From Raja brachyura (taxonomy: Eukaryota): a stretch of 64,000 bases of DNA. Shown one piece after another: positions 15,340-30,764 of this stretch (its first letter is position 1; each line of letters starts with the position of its first letter). A program made the position numbers and the translations under genes. The DNA lies in the NCBI GenBank assembly GCA_963514005.1, contig OY740814.1, positions 15,376,001 through 15,440,000 on the forward strand, written 5' to 3'. A model generated the notes under the pieces. That model worked only from the letters and a program-made list of their open reading frames with translations, was not told the DNA's origin and did not search any database.

Positions 15340-17127
15340 TGACAGTTTAATCTTCTTTTGTATATTTAGAGCAAAGTATTTATATGGGCCCGATGACTCA
15401 CTGATGTATTTCGGGCTCTGATGCCCCATAAATGTAATAGATCATCACTGAAGTTTATGACTAGTCACATCTTGAAAGAAGGAGAGACAAAAGAAGTGAT
15501 AGCACGCATAAAGTAACCCTGATTATGCCAGCTTTTATTCAAGCAATTATCTCCAGAATTTAATTTATTATAAAAATATCTTCTTCAAATTTAGCACCAA
15601 TCAGTAAACAATTACATAACTGGTCAGTTCTGCTTATAGAGATCTTGTTTATGCAAAATATCTACTTTATGTCGTTGACCTGGTTAATGATTACACGTCA
15701 AATCAATTTAATCCGTTCGTGCACACTAACTTGCTGCCTTGTGTGCTTGGCTGCATCGCAATATTACCCCCGTGAAAACGATATGCACGCAGAAAAATGA
15801 TAAGGATGCTCCTTGGGAGTGCTCCACAAGATCTTCTACCTTCGTATCATTTTCCTGCGATAAATTTCTCCTAATTTCCATCCTCGATGCCCTGACCCTG
15901 ATTCTGCGACTGTGACCCTCTAGTTTCAGGCTCCTCAGACAAAAGAAACATTCTCCTTGCATCTACCCTATACCCTGTGATCGTGTGGGTTTCTTCCAGC
16001 TGCTTTGCTATCCTCCTACATCTCGAAGACTTGCAAGTCTGTAGGTTAATTGGCCTTTGTAAATTGCTGCAGTGTGTAGGGAGTGGGATAAGAAAGTGGC
16101 ATAACATAATGTAAATGGGCGATTGTTGGTCTGCGTGGACTCAATGGGCCAAAGGGGCTGTTTCTATTCTGTATCACCAAACTAAACAATATCCTCATTC
16201 AATAAAGACTAGCATGCCATTTCCCTGCCTCATTGCGTGCCGTGCCAAATTAGCTTTCAGTGATTTAGAAACCATGATATCAAGGTGCATTGAAGCATCA
16301 ACACTCTAGTCAAGAGGGTAACTTTACATTTTTCACATTGTACTCCATCTGCCATGTTGTTGCCCACTCACTCAGCTTGTTTATTTTCCCACGAAGCATC
16401 GTTGCATCCTCATAATAACTTGCATTTTCACTTTGTCTTGTGTCAACAGCAAACTCTGAAATCCTGCAGTTTGGTTGAGGAGAAAATATTTATTAGGTTT
16501 GTGAATAGTCAGGGCCCATGCACCAATCCCAGTATACCTGACTAATCATAGTCTGCCAACCTAAGAAAATCCTTTTTAATAGTTTATTAGTCTGATAGTC
16601 TAATAGTCTGAAGGATCTCGACTCGAAATGTCGCCCATTCCTTCTCTCCAGAGATGATGCCTGTCCCGCTGAGTTACTCCAGCATTTTATGTCTATCTTC
16701 GATTTAAACCAGCATCTGCAGTTCCTTCCTACACGTTTTAATAGTTTACTTTGTGTTAACTATCTGTCAATCTTGTTTGTGTATCATCCCTAATGTATGT
16801 GCTTGTTCTTCAACCTAATCATTAACCACATTTCATTCAAGTTTCTTGTTCACCAACCTATGTAGAAAGTTAACAAAATAAGTCTGAAAATTTATATACC
16901 CCATTTCCACAGGTTTGACTTCAATGGATTTAGTCAAATATGATTTCCCTTTTATAAAATTCACATTGACTCTGCTGAAAATAATTAATTTTCTAAATGT
17001 CTTGTTATCTCATCCTTTGTACAGATTTTGGCATTTTTCCAATTACTGATGTCAGGCTAACATATCGGTAGTTCCCTGTTTTCATTTTATATTCTGTTTT
17101 ATCACTGAAATGGAAATCACTGGCAGT

Positions 17128-18150
17128 AGCAGTGTTACAAAATTTTGAGATTTGAAAAATCAAGTCTACAATTTATCCCATCAGATAAAGCATAAAAATA
17201 AGTTTAATTTGACACCTAATTCACTCTCATATCTTCAGTATTAAAAAAGTTATGGCCATTTTCATACTCAGAAATTAGCATATTGTTCCCTATTGCTTTT
17301 CCATTGGCTTAACACAAAAGCTGTGATCAAGGACAGTCAAAAGCCCATAACTTTCTTAAAAATTAAGAGAACTGAATGAAATGTTCAGTTATTATAGATT
17401 GAAGCATTCTGAAAAAGAAAAAAAAACAATCTTACTTGGATGACCTGAAATTAAAGCATATAATTAGTTAGTTACAAAATTCAATTACTAGATCTAAACA
17501 TCGATCCATTTCTTAAGAAAAGTTTAACATTTTTAAAAAGCCTAAGTGTCCAAATAACATTCACACAAGAATTCACAATATAACATGATTTTAAAATCTC
17601 ATTGTCATGAATTTATAGGCCAAATTGAAGGAATTTAGTGTTTAGTTCCCATAAATTAATGGCCTTTAAAATCAACTTGCGAGTGGGTTTTTGTGGAACA
17701 TGATGGATTGGAACGTTGCGGTTTGCGGTGAATTTAACCCCCAGTCGGCAGGAAAAATACTGCCGGTTCGTATGTTTTTTTAGTCACCTTTTCGCAACAT
17801 GAAATTTTGATTAAAGGCTTCCTAAGAAGCACGTTTTTATGTAGAAATAAACTGTGATATTCTTTTGTCCCCTACGTAAGATCCGTCCCGTTGTCGGCGT
17901 TCACGGCTTTAGAAGATTTTTAAATTTATTCTTGCTCTTAATTTTTCCTGCGCTAATTTTAATAAACTTAATAAAACGGCAGTCGAAGCGATTTTTCTTC
18001 AGCAACTAAAAAGCCTGTTCACAATTGATTTGAATAGTCTGAACAAAAATTGCATTTTAAACCCGCCCACCTCTCAAAGGCGCCAAAGTTGCGCATACGG
18101 GCAGTGGCAGAACTGCAACGCCGCTAAAGGTATGTTTTGTAACATACCTG
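17128..18150. mobile_element. About 1-kb non-autonomous DNA transposon, hAT-like
   Basis: Short imperfect TIR sharing TGTTACAAAA; CTGGCAGT duplicated at 17120-17127 and 18151-18158; no ORF. Confidence 0.6.
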
Positions 18151-19127
18151 CTGGCAGTGAAGTAAGAATCACATGCCACCTCCTTTAAAAATACTCCCAT
18201 CAAAACTGAAGAAGGGTCTCGACCTGTACGTGGTCTATTCCTTCTCTCTATAGATGCTGCCTCACCCACTGAGTTTCTCCACTATTTTTGTCTACCTTCG
18301 ATTTTTCCAGCATCTGCAGTTCTTTCTTAAACAATCCATAAAACTTCTTTCTGATTGATATTTAGAAAAAAGTGGATTTTATTAAATTGCAAAGAGGGGT
18401 GTGCATTTGGATGGTAAAAACCTGAAGGAGATATTCACAGCCAATACTCTCCAGCATAATCAATCCATTATGACGTAACTTTGTAATCCACTGTGCCAAT
18501 GCTGTGAAATGAAATTAGTCCTAGACTGCATCTTGATTGCCTGTAAGGAACGCCCCTTAAAGTTGTTGCTTATGTATGGGCACATAAACAATGCACAATA
18601 TCTCAGAACACAATAGGACTTGGATACACAATCTCTGTTGTGATGGAAGCAAAATTTCATGCTAATTGTGTTCTTCCCCACCCCACATGTATTCAGATTG
18701 ATGCTTACGGTCAAAGAGAAAGAAATTCAATTTCACAACCTCAATGTCTTGGAGCACTTTATAACTAATTTAAAAAAAATTAGTAACTTACATGAAGGAG
18801 GAAATACATAGTCAATGTTCCCATCAAGCTCCCACAATCGGTTCCATAAAAATGATCCTATAGTATGTATTGGTGATATTGATTGAGCTGTCTCGGTGGG
18901 AGAACTCCACCACTTGCTCGCTTGGGGGAGCAGATGCTGCTTGGTTTAATGTCCAACCTGCAAGATGGCGCCACCAACCATTCAGCTCCCCTTGCTGGAG
19001 AATGCTGATCTTCAATGGTGCACTGTCATGCCCATCCTTGTGTCTCATCCTTCCATGTTTTAACCATTGGTTTACATACATCCTAGAAAGTGCGTGAAAG
19101 ACTGATTCTTGAATTTCAGTCTTGTAG

Positions 19128-19538
<411 letters not shown>

Positions 19539-20089
19539 TAGAACCAGCCTGTGATGTATAGTTTTATTATGTTTCAGTGGCTTGTAAAAATCATCTGCAG
19601 TGATGTTTTTCAACCAGGAAAAAGGTAACACGTGAAGGAAATTATTTTTAATTTTTCGTGGTGCATCTTATAGGTGTAATGATCCATGGCAGAAGGAACC
19701 ACCTAGTCCATCGGTCCCGGTGCTTTTGAAAGATCAGAAGTACTTATTTAGCTCTTGTTTTCCCTTAGTTCTTTAATGTTCATTCTTCACCAATGTTTGA
19801 AAGTTCTGGTTGAATCTGCTTCCGTTGCCTGTAAATGCAACATATTCCAAATTATAATGGTTAGTTATTTTAAACAGATTCTCCTTATTTCTTTGATTCT
19901 TTGACCAGTCACTTTTATTTCCTATCCTTCGTTTCCTGACCCTCCTGTCATTTGGAAACTGTTTCTCCCCATCAACCCTTACCTTCAACCAGGCCTCTCT
20001 GTCTACCCTATCAAACATCCTCCTAATTTTGAGAAGATTTATATTTCTTCCCTAAAAATAACAGTGCCAGACAGTTGCCTGTCTCAAAC

Positions 20090-20720
20090 AAGAGAGTGTC
20101 CATCAAACTCAATGGTACTATCTTTCATGAGTTTCCCCACCATTAATATCCTTGGGTCACAGATACATACTGTGACCACAAAAGTTGGTCAGCGGCTGGG
20201 TATCCTGTAGTAAGTGTAATGTCTCCTGATAGCCAAAACCTTTTCACCATCTACAAGGCACAAGTCAACAGTGTGGCAGAGTACTCTCTCCCTGGCAATA
20301 TGAGTGCACTTTCAACAACTCAAGAGGCTCATCATTATTTAGGTTAAAACAGTTCAATTGATTGGCATCCCATTCATACTTGCTCCTCCACATACATAGT
20401 GGCTGTTGGATGTGCCATGTACAAAATGCACAGTCATTTTACTCAGAAGCACCTCCCAAAGTTGCATCCCCTACCACTAAGAAGGGTAAGAGTAGCAAGT
20501 ACATGTAAACTGGCTCCCTCCACATGCACACATCCTGACTTAGAAATGTATTAGAGATGCCAAAGACCGCATATTAATTATCACTGGATCTAAACATGAC
20601 ATTCCCTCCCCAAAAAGAAACACAATTGTTCAATAGATTGTAGTGGTTCAATGAGAGAGCTCACCACCTCCATTACCTCAAAGTCAATTAGGATTGAGCA
20701 TTAAATGCTATCCATGACAG
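20090..20720 (+). mobile_element. Old LINE 3' fragment (IYKAQVxSVxEYS-type, CR1/L2 group)
   Basis: Decayed ORF end; homologous pieces at about 7150-7700 (-), 23470-24110 (+) and 62630-62920 (+). Confidence 0.6.
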
Positions 20721-21063
20721 TAAGAACAGATACTGAAAAAGAATGAGAATAAACCTTGGCTTCTTCAATGGTGACTACTTAACTGCCTATATAATTAAAA
20801 TCCTATAAGCCTGTGATTCTTGGAAATTCTATATTAGTGATTGTTTTTAAAAAGCAATCAATACTGTGCAGCAGAAATTTTGCAAAGGGCAAATAAGTAC
20901 GCTGTGACACTAGGTGAAGTTGTTCGATATATTCTTTGTGGAAGCAAAATGCCATGAAAATCCTAATCGTAAAAAAGGAGTGATTGTATGGTTCACAGGT
21001 AGTGGTGATTAAGGACCGTCAAGATGATTACCCGTTTCATCTGTGAATCGTGTGTTCCATTAG

Positions 21064-21264
<201 letters not shown>

Positions 21265-22499
21265 TAAGGAACTGCCATCGATGGTTGCTAAAAGCTTATC
21301 AGAGCAAGGCACTAAACTCAGTTGAGGCATCTATCTGTTCAACATCTTTGGTCTGTGTGAAACTGGTTTTCTCATGGGAGTGGGGAGATGCTTTTTCAGA
21401 ATTCCCATTCACCATTCTTGATGCCTTGTTGCTCTTGTGACTAAACCCCATCCAAGACGCAGAAAGAGACACAGTCGACCAGGCAACATCTCTGGAGAAC
21501 ATGGATAGGTGACGTTTCTGATTGGGATCCGTCAGACTGAAGAAGGGTCCTGACCCGAAATGTCACCTATTCATGTTCTCCAGAGATGCTGCCTGACCCG
21601 CGGAGACTTCAGCACTTTGTGTCTTTTATTGTAAACCAGCATCTGCAGTTCTTGATGTCCCCTTCTAAGACAACAGAATAGAATTTGTTATTACCTCAGA
21701 CATGAGTCGGAATGTTCCAGATGCGCATTTGTGAGGAGAGTGTCATCTGAGGATCTTGGTTTAAGGCTTTTGGAATTTCATAAGATCAGGGAAGGCATGA
21801 TATAAATATGAGTTATTTGTCTTCATTACACATACAAGCATGGATTGGTTGTGGCAGCTTGCTGAGCAGAATAATCCAGTGTCCAGGGCTATGCGTTGTA
21901 GCCCCAGTATGATCATTGTACTTTGAAACACTAGCATGAAACGAACAGCCCAGGATATTCCGAGGAAATAACAGCAAGATTTATACTTAACTCTTGATGA
22001 GCACACCAACTTGTGGCAACGGAGAATTGTTACAGAATGGGTTGTGCCCTACCACGATGGAAGAGCGGTCTTAACTAGCTTCAGTTTCAATAAATCTAGT
22101 TGTTTTCATTGTGAAAATAGATTGAACATTACAGAAGTTGGGATTGGTGTTTAAGATTTATGATTTCCAATGTCATCCCATGATGGTCACCCAGAAAAGG
22201 CTAATTGAAACGGTGTAAACTTTCATTCCTATAGGTCCCTGGTTGTTCTTGACTTTTAAAATCAAATGATATCATTTCTTAGTTTATTTCCTCACCTCCT
22301 TGATTAAAGGGAAGCCTTGTTACTCCGTTATCATAGGAAACCTCATGATCTCTGACTTATCTGGTCATTTTATCAGCGAATCCTTGCAGAAATCTTGGGT
22401 ATAAAGTTGTGCAAACTTGAATTGTATGGGGGGGGGGGGGGGGGAATTATAAACAGAACATCCTTCAAGATAATGCATTCTGGACCATGTGTCACCTGA

Positions 22500-22775
<276 letters not shown>

Positions 22776-24538
22776 TAACCTCTTGTACTAATACTGAAAT
22801 AATAATTACTGTTACTAGCCCTGAAATACTATTATTTAATGACTATTGGTGTTGAAATACAAATAAAATGTTTTGATATGATGGATAAGGAGAAACAGTT
22901 GTTCCAATGGCAAGAGGGTCAGTAACCAGCGAGCGTAGACTTAAGATCACAAGCAAAGGAACCTGAGGGGATACGGGAAAAACATTTTTATGGGGCTTCT
23001 TGGTGTTATCTGGATTGCGTTGCCTGAAAGAGAAATGGGGAAAAGATTTTCCAGGAACCTTCAAAATGGAATTGAATTGTTAGAAAACACAAATTGTCAG
23101 GTCTATGGGGAAGGAATGGTGGAGTAATTGTTAACTACTTAGGAAGGGCACAGCAGGAGAAATGGCTTGCTTATGTACATATGATTGCATTTTTTAATTC
23201 CTCTTTTATAAAACTAACCTAAAGTCAGTTTTATGATGAAGGGTGGGTGTTTAATAGGTGTGTATTATGCACAGCAAGCATGATCATGAATAACATGCCT
23301 GCAACTGTTGCAATCAAACCATATCATATGCACGTAAAACCTACCATTTTAGGAGAGTCTATACACTGGAAATGTTTATTGCATCTAGTCAATGATTGCC
23401 TGCAGAATCGGAGTGTTACCTATTGACTCATTAAAGGCAGCGATGCACCATTCAGTATAGACTGTGTTCTACCCTATATTCATATTGACGGTCACTATTA
23501 ATTGACAACCACATGTCAATGTTCCAACATGCTGTGCCACAGCATCAGGAGCTGGAATTCTGTGGTCAGGCAATAACCATCTCCAACAAGGGAAAGTCTC
23601 TATCACTTTGTCATTCCCTTCATGAGAACTACCATCAACATCACAGTGACTCGCCATTAGCCAGAAACAGCTTAATCAGCGATCATACTGCGGCCAACAG
23701 AGCATGTCAGGCCGTGTCTCCTATAATGAATATCATCTTCTGAAGCTCTAAATCCATTCATTATCATGTTATTGACTGTGGTGAAACACTCTCCACTGGC
23801 ATGGATGAGTGCAGCTCTAACATCACTGAAAACTCACACCATTCAGAATAAAGCAGCGTTCATGATTGACACTACACCTGTCATGCTAAACATTCACTCC
23901 CTCTGCCACTGCCCTGTGTACCATCTGCAAAAGGTACTACACTAACATGCCTTGGCTACTCATGACAGCACCCACTAAATTATTGCCACCACAAAAAGGA
24001 TAAGGGCAGCAGATACTGGGAGCATCATTATGTTCCTTGATGGATATGATTGCCCATCTTGATGGGAAATTAGGAATGGACAATAGTTCCTGGACTTGCT
24101 ATATCCCGTGAATGGAGACATGTGTCATACACGGAAGAATGGATGTGTGTACATATGTGTCTTTTGCATATCTTTGCCACAAATTGCCATTTTGAGATTT
24201 GAACTTACAATCTCCATGTTGGTGGCCAGCACTGTTACTCCAATACTCCCATACCCTTAATATGATTGGTCAGGTGAACAGCACAGCACAGGAGGAATTC
24301 ATTCAAACCATTAAATCTATGGTAACACTTTCAAAAAGCAATCCATTTAGGCCCTCTTCCTTTTTGCCACTGTTAAATCGACATTTATCTGTTTATTAGG
24401 AAACACAATATAAATCCCATCCACGGTCCTAAGAGTTTTCTTTGAGTAGTTATTCTTTCTTAAATTGATTCTGTGCACAATGTTGTAAATTGTCCTTTTT
24501 GTTTTGAACTCCATCACTGCTAACTGTCCTTATTGTAG

Positions 24539-24686
24539 AATTATAGGACCAAAAATGTGACAGAGGAAGTGAAGAGAGTTGTACACTTTGTTCAGGAGAA
24601 TTGCAGTGGCGGCAGTGGAAGAAAATACAGTGCGGGCCAGCCTTCTAGCAGGCTTACCCTGAACATGCTGATTGATATCTACCTCG
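24539..24686 (+). CDS. BLM: BLM exon: RQC winged helix, part 1
   Basis: attgtag| ... |gtgagt; 148 nt; NYRTKNVTEEVKRVVHFVQENC...SRLTLNMLIDIYL. Confidence 0.95.
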
Positions 24687-25066
24687 GTGAGTGAAGTTTG
24701 TTTCCAGATTATTTAATGTAGCAAATGACAGGCAACGGTAGCTCCGTGTGCGTTTCTTATAAGGGGCTCTTTTGCTGTATGAATTCCTTCATTTATGCCT
24801 GTTCATTCTGATTCATCAGTTTCTTTCTTGTGAAAGGTGTTATAAAAATGCAGGCTCTTTTCTTAAGGTAGAACCAGGACAAAAATCACAAAGCAGACTC
24901 CATTTGTGAATTGTTTAAATTGGCTATATTTCTATGTTGGCTATAATTGGCTATGTTTCATTAGCACACAAAGCCCTGTCTTTCTTGTCTCTTTAGTGCA
25001 GCTCAATGACCAGCTGTAAGCCCCGTTTCCTAGGATTTGGGGAACATGCCTTGTCAACTGGCCTGA

Positions 25067-25297
<231 letters not shown>

Positions 25298-25431
25298 TAA
25301 TTGTTATATTAAACTTATTGAACTGCCCTGCATTTATAGTATTGTTCATGCTTATCCTCTCCAGTGGGTTCAATTTAAGTATTTGGATGGCTTGATCTCT
25401 TGAGCAACAGTATAATGATGTGTTTTTGTGA

Positions 25432-25644
<213 letters not shown>

Positions 25645-26791
25645 TAAAATAAGTTGTCTGAGCCATTGAACTAAAACTGGGCTTGTGTGATTTCAGTGTT
25701 AACTTAGAGCAGTAGCATGGCTTTGCTGCCATCTACAGACCACATTCAGCACTCTTTTAAGCGGTGAGATTCTTGATGATGGTTCTAATGAAAGAGAAAT
25801 AATGTTTATGTTTATTATGTTTTGCAATCTCAATGTTTCAAAACTGTTTACACCAGTAAATGAATAGTATTAATTATGGTATAAACAGGAAACAAGGATA
25901 GGAAAAAATTAGAGAGATGTAGAAGCTACTGAAGACAAATGTTATTCGTGGACATCTTGGTCAGTGTGGATGAGTTGGGCTGAAGGACCTGTTTTCATGC
26001 TGTTTTACTGTAAGACTCTAAACATGCCAACAATTTACAGACAGTATGCTCACACAAACAGCAATGTGACGATGTTGGCTGAGGGATAAATATAAATGGT
26101 GTTCTGAGATTATTTAAATTTAGCGGAATCACAGGCTCTGTTTAATGATTCATCTAGGAATCAAAGGATATAGGCTTCATGCAGGAAAGTGAGCCCAAGG
26201 TGAAAGGTTAGCTGTGAACTTGTTAAATGGTGGAGCAGATATGAGGAGACAAATTCTTTACCCCTCCACCCGCACTCCTATTTTATGTGTTATATTCAAA
26301 TAATTCAGTACTGCACTGGAGTATCAGCTTAGATTTTTGTGCTTGGATTTCTCGAATATTTTAAGTACTTTCCCAACCACATCAATTTTATGAAGAGTCA
26401 TGAGGTGCATTGAAAGTGGGTGGCTTGCCATCTTTTAAACAAAAGATAACCTTTGTCCTTTTGATATTTCTACTCATATGTGGTTGAATGTTCAGTCTAC
26501 TGGGCAAATTAAATTTAAATTTTGGGTATAGAGTTTTGGGGTTCTGGATATAGATGGGGCTTTGCGTAACATAAGCTTGAATGATTCCTCCATTCTTGTA
26601 TACCTCACTCAGCAACATTTGATCTTCCTATGAATCTACTTTATAAAAATGAATTAATGAGAAAACAATTAAAAAAAAGCAAAATCAAAATGTGCAAAAT
26701 AATAATCAATGAATGGAGATTATGGAAAGTCTTGCCGATAAACAGTCAGCACTGGTGCCTTAGTTGTACCTGAAAAAATGTTGATGAGTAA

Positions 26792-26986
<195 letters not shown>

Positions 26987-27624
26987 TGACGTGCATTATT
27001 ATAGCAGATTTATATTTTTCCTCACAGGATATTACAAAGCTCTTTGTAATCAATTTGGTCAGTTATGGTGTAAAATATGCAGGCTAGAAGTTGAGATGTT
27101 TCCAGTAGTGAAACTGTCTTAAACAAGCAGACATAGTGCAAGGCAGGACGAGTCATTTGAAACTCTGGTTTCTCAAAATCAATTTTTGCAGAGGATGATG
27201 AATTTCTAGAGTTCTGTCTCAGCAGGTGGTTAGAGCTGGATCATTATAAGTATTTTAAATGGAGATGGATAAGTATTTAATAAATTGAGGAATAAATGGC
27301 ATTTTTTTTAAAAAAGGAGAAATAGTTTTAAGAAATGACATAGAAGGGAAGAGAGGAGTTGTAACCCTTGATTATTTATATGGTGAGGCAGGCTTGAAGG
27401 ATGTGATAGCCTACTATTTTCTTGTGAGCGGTGAGATGGAGAAAGGTGCAAGGTGATTAGATTAATTAGGAGTCAGGCAGCAGAATTTTGAATGGATTCA
27501 GATTGATCTAAAAAGAATGTGAGGCTGATTGTGGACTGACCTTGGTACCTTCATTGTGTAAGTTACTCTACGGTAAAACTCTTCTCTACTCACACGTTAC
27601 AATGTCACATTTGTGGCCCAACAG

Positions 27625-27823
27625 AAGAGGAAGTTGTTGAAGCTGGTGCTCCCAATGGCTGGATAGACTGCCAGAGAAACCTGGATGAAGAGGAGTCAGA
27701 GGAAACCTCGGCGTACTTCAACAAAGGCAAAGGTGGCCCCACGAGGAAGCGTAAAAGGGCCCCACATTACAAGAGGGCAAAGAAACGGAAAACCGGATAT
27801 AACAACCAGCAACCTTCAAAAAG
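27625..27823 (+). CDS. BLM: BLM exon with bipartite NLS
   Basis: ccaacag| ... |gtgggt; 199 nt, phase 1->2; ...TSAYFNKGKGGPTRKRKRAPHYKRAKKRKTGY... Confidence 0.9.
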
Positions 27824-30226
27824 GTGGGTGATCTGCCCACAAAATAGCCTGAATTATGAAAGCTTGTTATAATCTATGTTGAAATTACTGCTCCAGTAAT
27901 ACATGTTGATTAGATTAAACTTATTTATTGCCACGTACACCAGGGTGCAATGAAATCGCCTGTTCACATGAAGCCCATAGAGTAAAAATGGTGATGATAG
28001 ATATAATAACAAAAGCTTCAGAAGAGTGCAAAGATTGTAGTGCATTTTAAGTAGTGCCGAAAAAGTACTAATGTGCAATAAAAGAATAACTGAAGGAAGT
28101 AAAGTTAAGAGTATGAGCACGTGACTGCATCTCCTGGAAGTGGGTTTGAAGGTTGCGATTGCTTTAGGAGTCTGAAAACAGTGGGGGGGGAAAGCTGTTG
28201 TTCAACCTGGATGGCAGAACTCCAAAATTCCTGTATCTTCTCCTAGAAGTTGAAGTGAGGGGCCATGGTGAAGGGCATCCTTGCCAATGATTCGAGCTTT
28301 CCTGATGCAATGCACTGTCAAGATGGGCTTGAATGAATTAAGTGGTAAGCCTGTGATGGACTGGGCTATGTAACCACTCTTGTAGGTTCAGGTGGTCAAC
28401 AGCAGAGCAGCTGCTAAAACAGGCTGAGATGTTTCTGAGACGTAATAGTTTGAGAGAACATGCCAAATCTTCTTGGATGCATATAAAAGTAAACAGGCTA
28501 ATGTATTTTCTTGATCAGAGGGACTTGGTTAGGCTGCTGGTGACGTGGATGCCTAGAAACCCGAAGCTATCCATCTTTGAGGAGGACAGGATTATGTTCA
28601 CTCCTTTCCCAACCCCACCCCCATCTTCCTAAGGTCAACAACCAATTCTTCTGTCTTACTGACATTAAAGGCAAGGTTGTTGTCTGACACCATGATATGC
28701 GGTTCCTGATCTCCTTCCTGCACTCCATCCCCTTGTGTTGATCCAGTCAGCAACAGTGGTATCATCAAAATTTAATTGGTACTTGGTCACACCGTCATGA
28801 CTACAAGGAGTAGAGCAAGGGACTGAGCACACAACCACGAGGAGAACCAGTGTTGAGGGTCAAAGTGGGGGAAATGCTATGACCAATTCAAACTGACTGA
28901 TGCCTGCTGGTCAGTTAGTCCAGAAGCCAGTTCCAAGCCAGGCTCCAAAATCACGATCCAGATGTTTAAGGTAAAACATGCTGCACAAAACACCCCTTTC
29001 TTTGCATTTTTTATTTATTCTCTCCTCTTCATTCCCATCTTTATGGTGACATATGACTCTTCATGCATGTTTCTCAAATTTAAAAAATCATTAATCGCAC
29101 GAAACAGCACTGTCACATTTAAACTGGCTAATGACGTAAGGAATTGTTGATGATTATGCAGCATAGTTGCTGATTAAAACTGTATGTAAAACTGACTTAA
29201 AAGTGGTATGTAAGTTTGGGAATTAAGTTCATACATGGAGATGTAAGTCACATTCTGTGTGTCACAGAAGCTGTTTATTTTAGAATAAGAAAATGTAGTC
29301 TGTTCAATTAAGCCAGTTATAATTAAACACCGATTATATCAATTTGGTCTTTGCTATTATTAGCTATATTTGAATATTGGACTTGCAGACCTTTGGCTAT
29401 CATTTAATGAATGGCAGAGCAAGAAGACAACCCAGCTTACAAAACTAATAGTAGATCACACACACATTTGCCTCTTAATTTCCCTGACATAAAGGTGCTG
29501 AGGCTAAATCAGAACTTAGGGCCTTGTTCTTCTGGTTGTGTGCTAATCGGTCATTTCCAGATGAGCCACTGGAGGGAACCCTTACCCGGCATTTTATAAT
29601 GGCTCAGGAGGAATAACATCTCATGGCAATAATCTTCACTTTTTTGACAAGGGAGACAAATTGGGCTCTCCCTAATTATTATGTTGTTAGACATGCTGGC
29701 CACTCATTACACCACAGAGTGCCACAAATAGTAAGATGATTGGCCTATTATTTTTTCACAATTGGAGTGAATAAATCCAATACTTTGAATTCACAGCTCT
29801 TCAGAGTGAAGTTAGATCATCCAAAACGTTCATGTTCTCCTTGTGACCATGCTGACTTCCTCCAATTGCTCCAGTTTCCTCCCACATCCCCCAAAAAGTT
29901 TGCAGGTTAATTGGCCTTTGTAAAATTACCCCTTATGTATCAGAAGTGGATAAGAAAGTGGGGTTGCATAGAACTAGTTTAGATGGATGATCATTGGTCG
30001 GCGTGGACTCAGTGGGTCGAAGAATTTTTTAAATAGTTAAACTCAAAACTAACTATTTTAGTTTAGTTAACTAAACTAAACCTGAATTAGCAGGGAGGTC
30101 ATTGGAAGATGCTGTGTGCTAGTTGTTGGTCACAGTTTTGGGATCATTCTCTCTATATATTTGCCTGTGCTGTGTGGCGGAGACTTTTGGGGGATATATT
30201 AATGTTCTGTTTTTTGCTCAACACAG

Positions 30227-30374
30227 CTCCAATGTGAAGAATCCGACAAGTTCCAAGCATTTCAGCCATGGACTGAGCACGGGTGCCAGGCGGCCAGGGG
30301 TAATGCCACTGCCAGTTCCTCGTGGCAGCACCAACCAACGGTCTTTCCTCAAGCCATCGTACTCTTTAAGTTAA
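30227..30374 (+). CDS. BLM: BLM terminal coding exon
   Basis: aacacag|; in frame; ends RRPGVMPLPVPRGSTNQRSFLKPSYSLS* (human ends ...RPFLKPSYAFS*). Confidence 0.92.
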
Positions 30375-30758
30375 CTCTTGGTTATCGCCCGACTGTGTGC
30401 AATCCTTCACATTCCTGTGAAAAGAGCAAATGGATGGTGTTGGACTGGATCTGTAAGGAAAATGGAATCCAAAGCATTTTCTTGTTGGTTTAGTTCAAGT
30501 TCCAAGTCTGCCAACCTGGACAAGATCTGATGAATTAAGCTGCTGTCCTGTTGAATCCAATCCATCTCATCTGATTAAAGACTATCCTCTATGGCAAATT
30601 AAGGTAGTACCCTCTGAGTTATGCTGCTACATTGATCAGTAGTCAAAGCTACTTTTGCTTCAATATATTGGTGGCTATGAAGACGTAACATTTAAAATCT
30701 AAGGTACTTTGTACCCAAAGAATATTTTTGCTTTGAGAGCAGGGTGGAATTCCTGGAC

Positions 30759-30764
30759 AATAAA
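30759..30764 (+). terminator. Candidate BLM polyadenylation signal
   Basis: AATAAA about 385 nt after the stop, followed by GT/T-rich sequence; other AATAAA sites lie near 31470 and 31741. Confidence 0.4.

Noticed and set aside
22428-22444. Poly-G tract (also near 35530, 43870, 55380, 59090) as G-quadruplex in or near a G4-helicase gene
   Set aside because: Such runs are scattered across the whole window irrespective of gene; no specific link to BLM can be supported.
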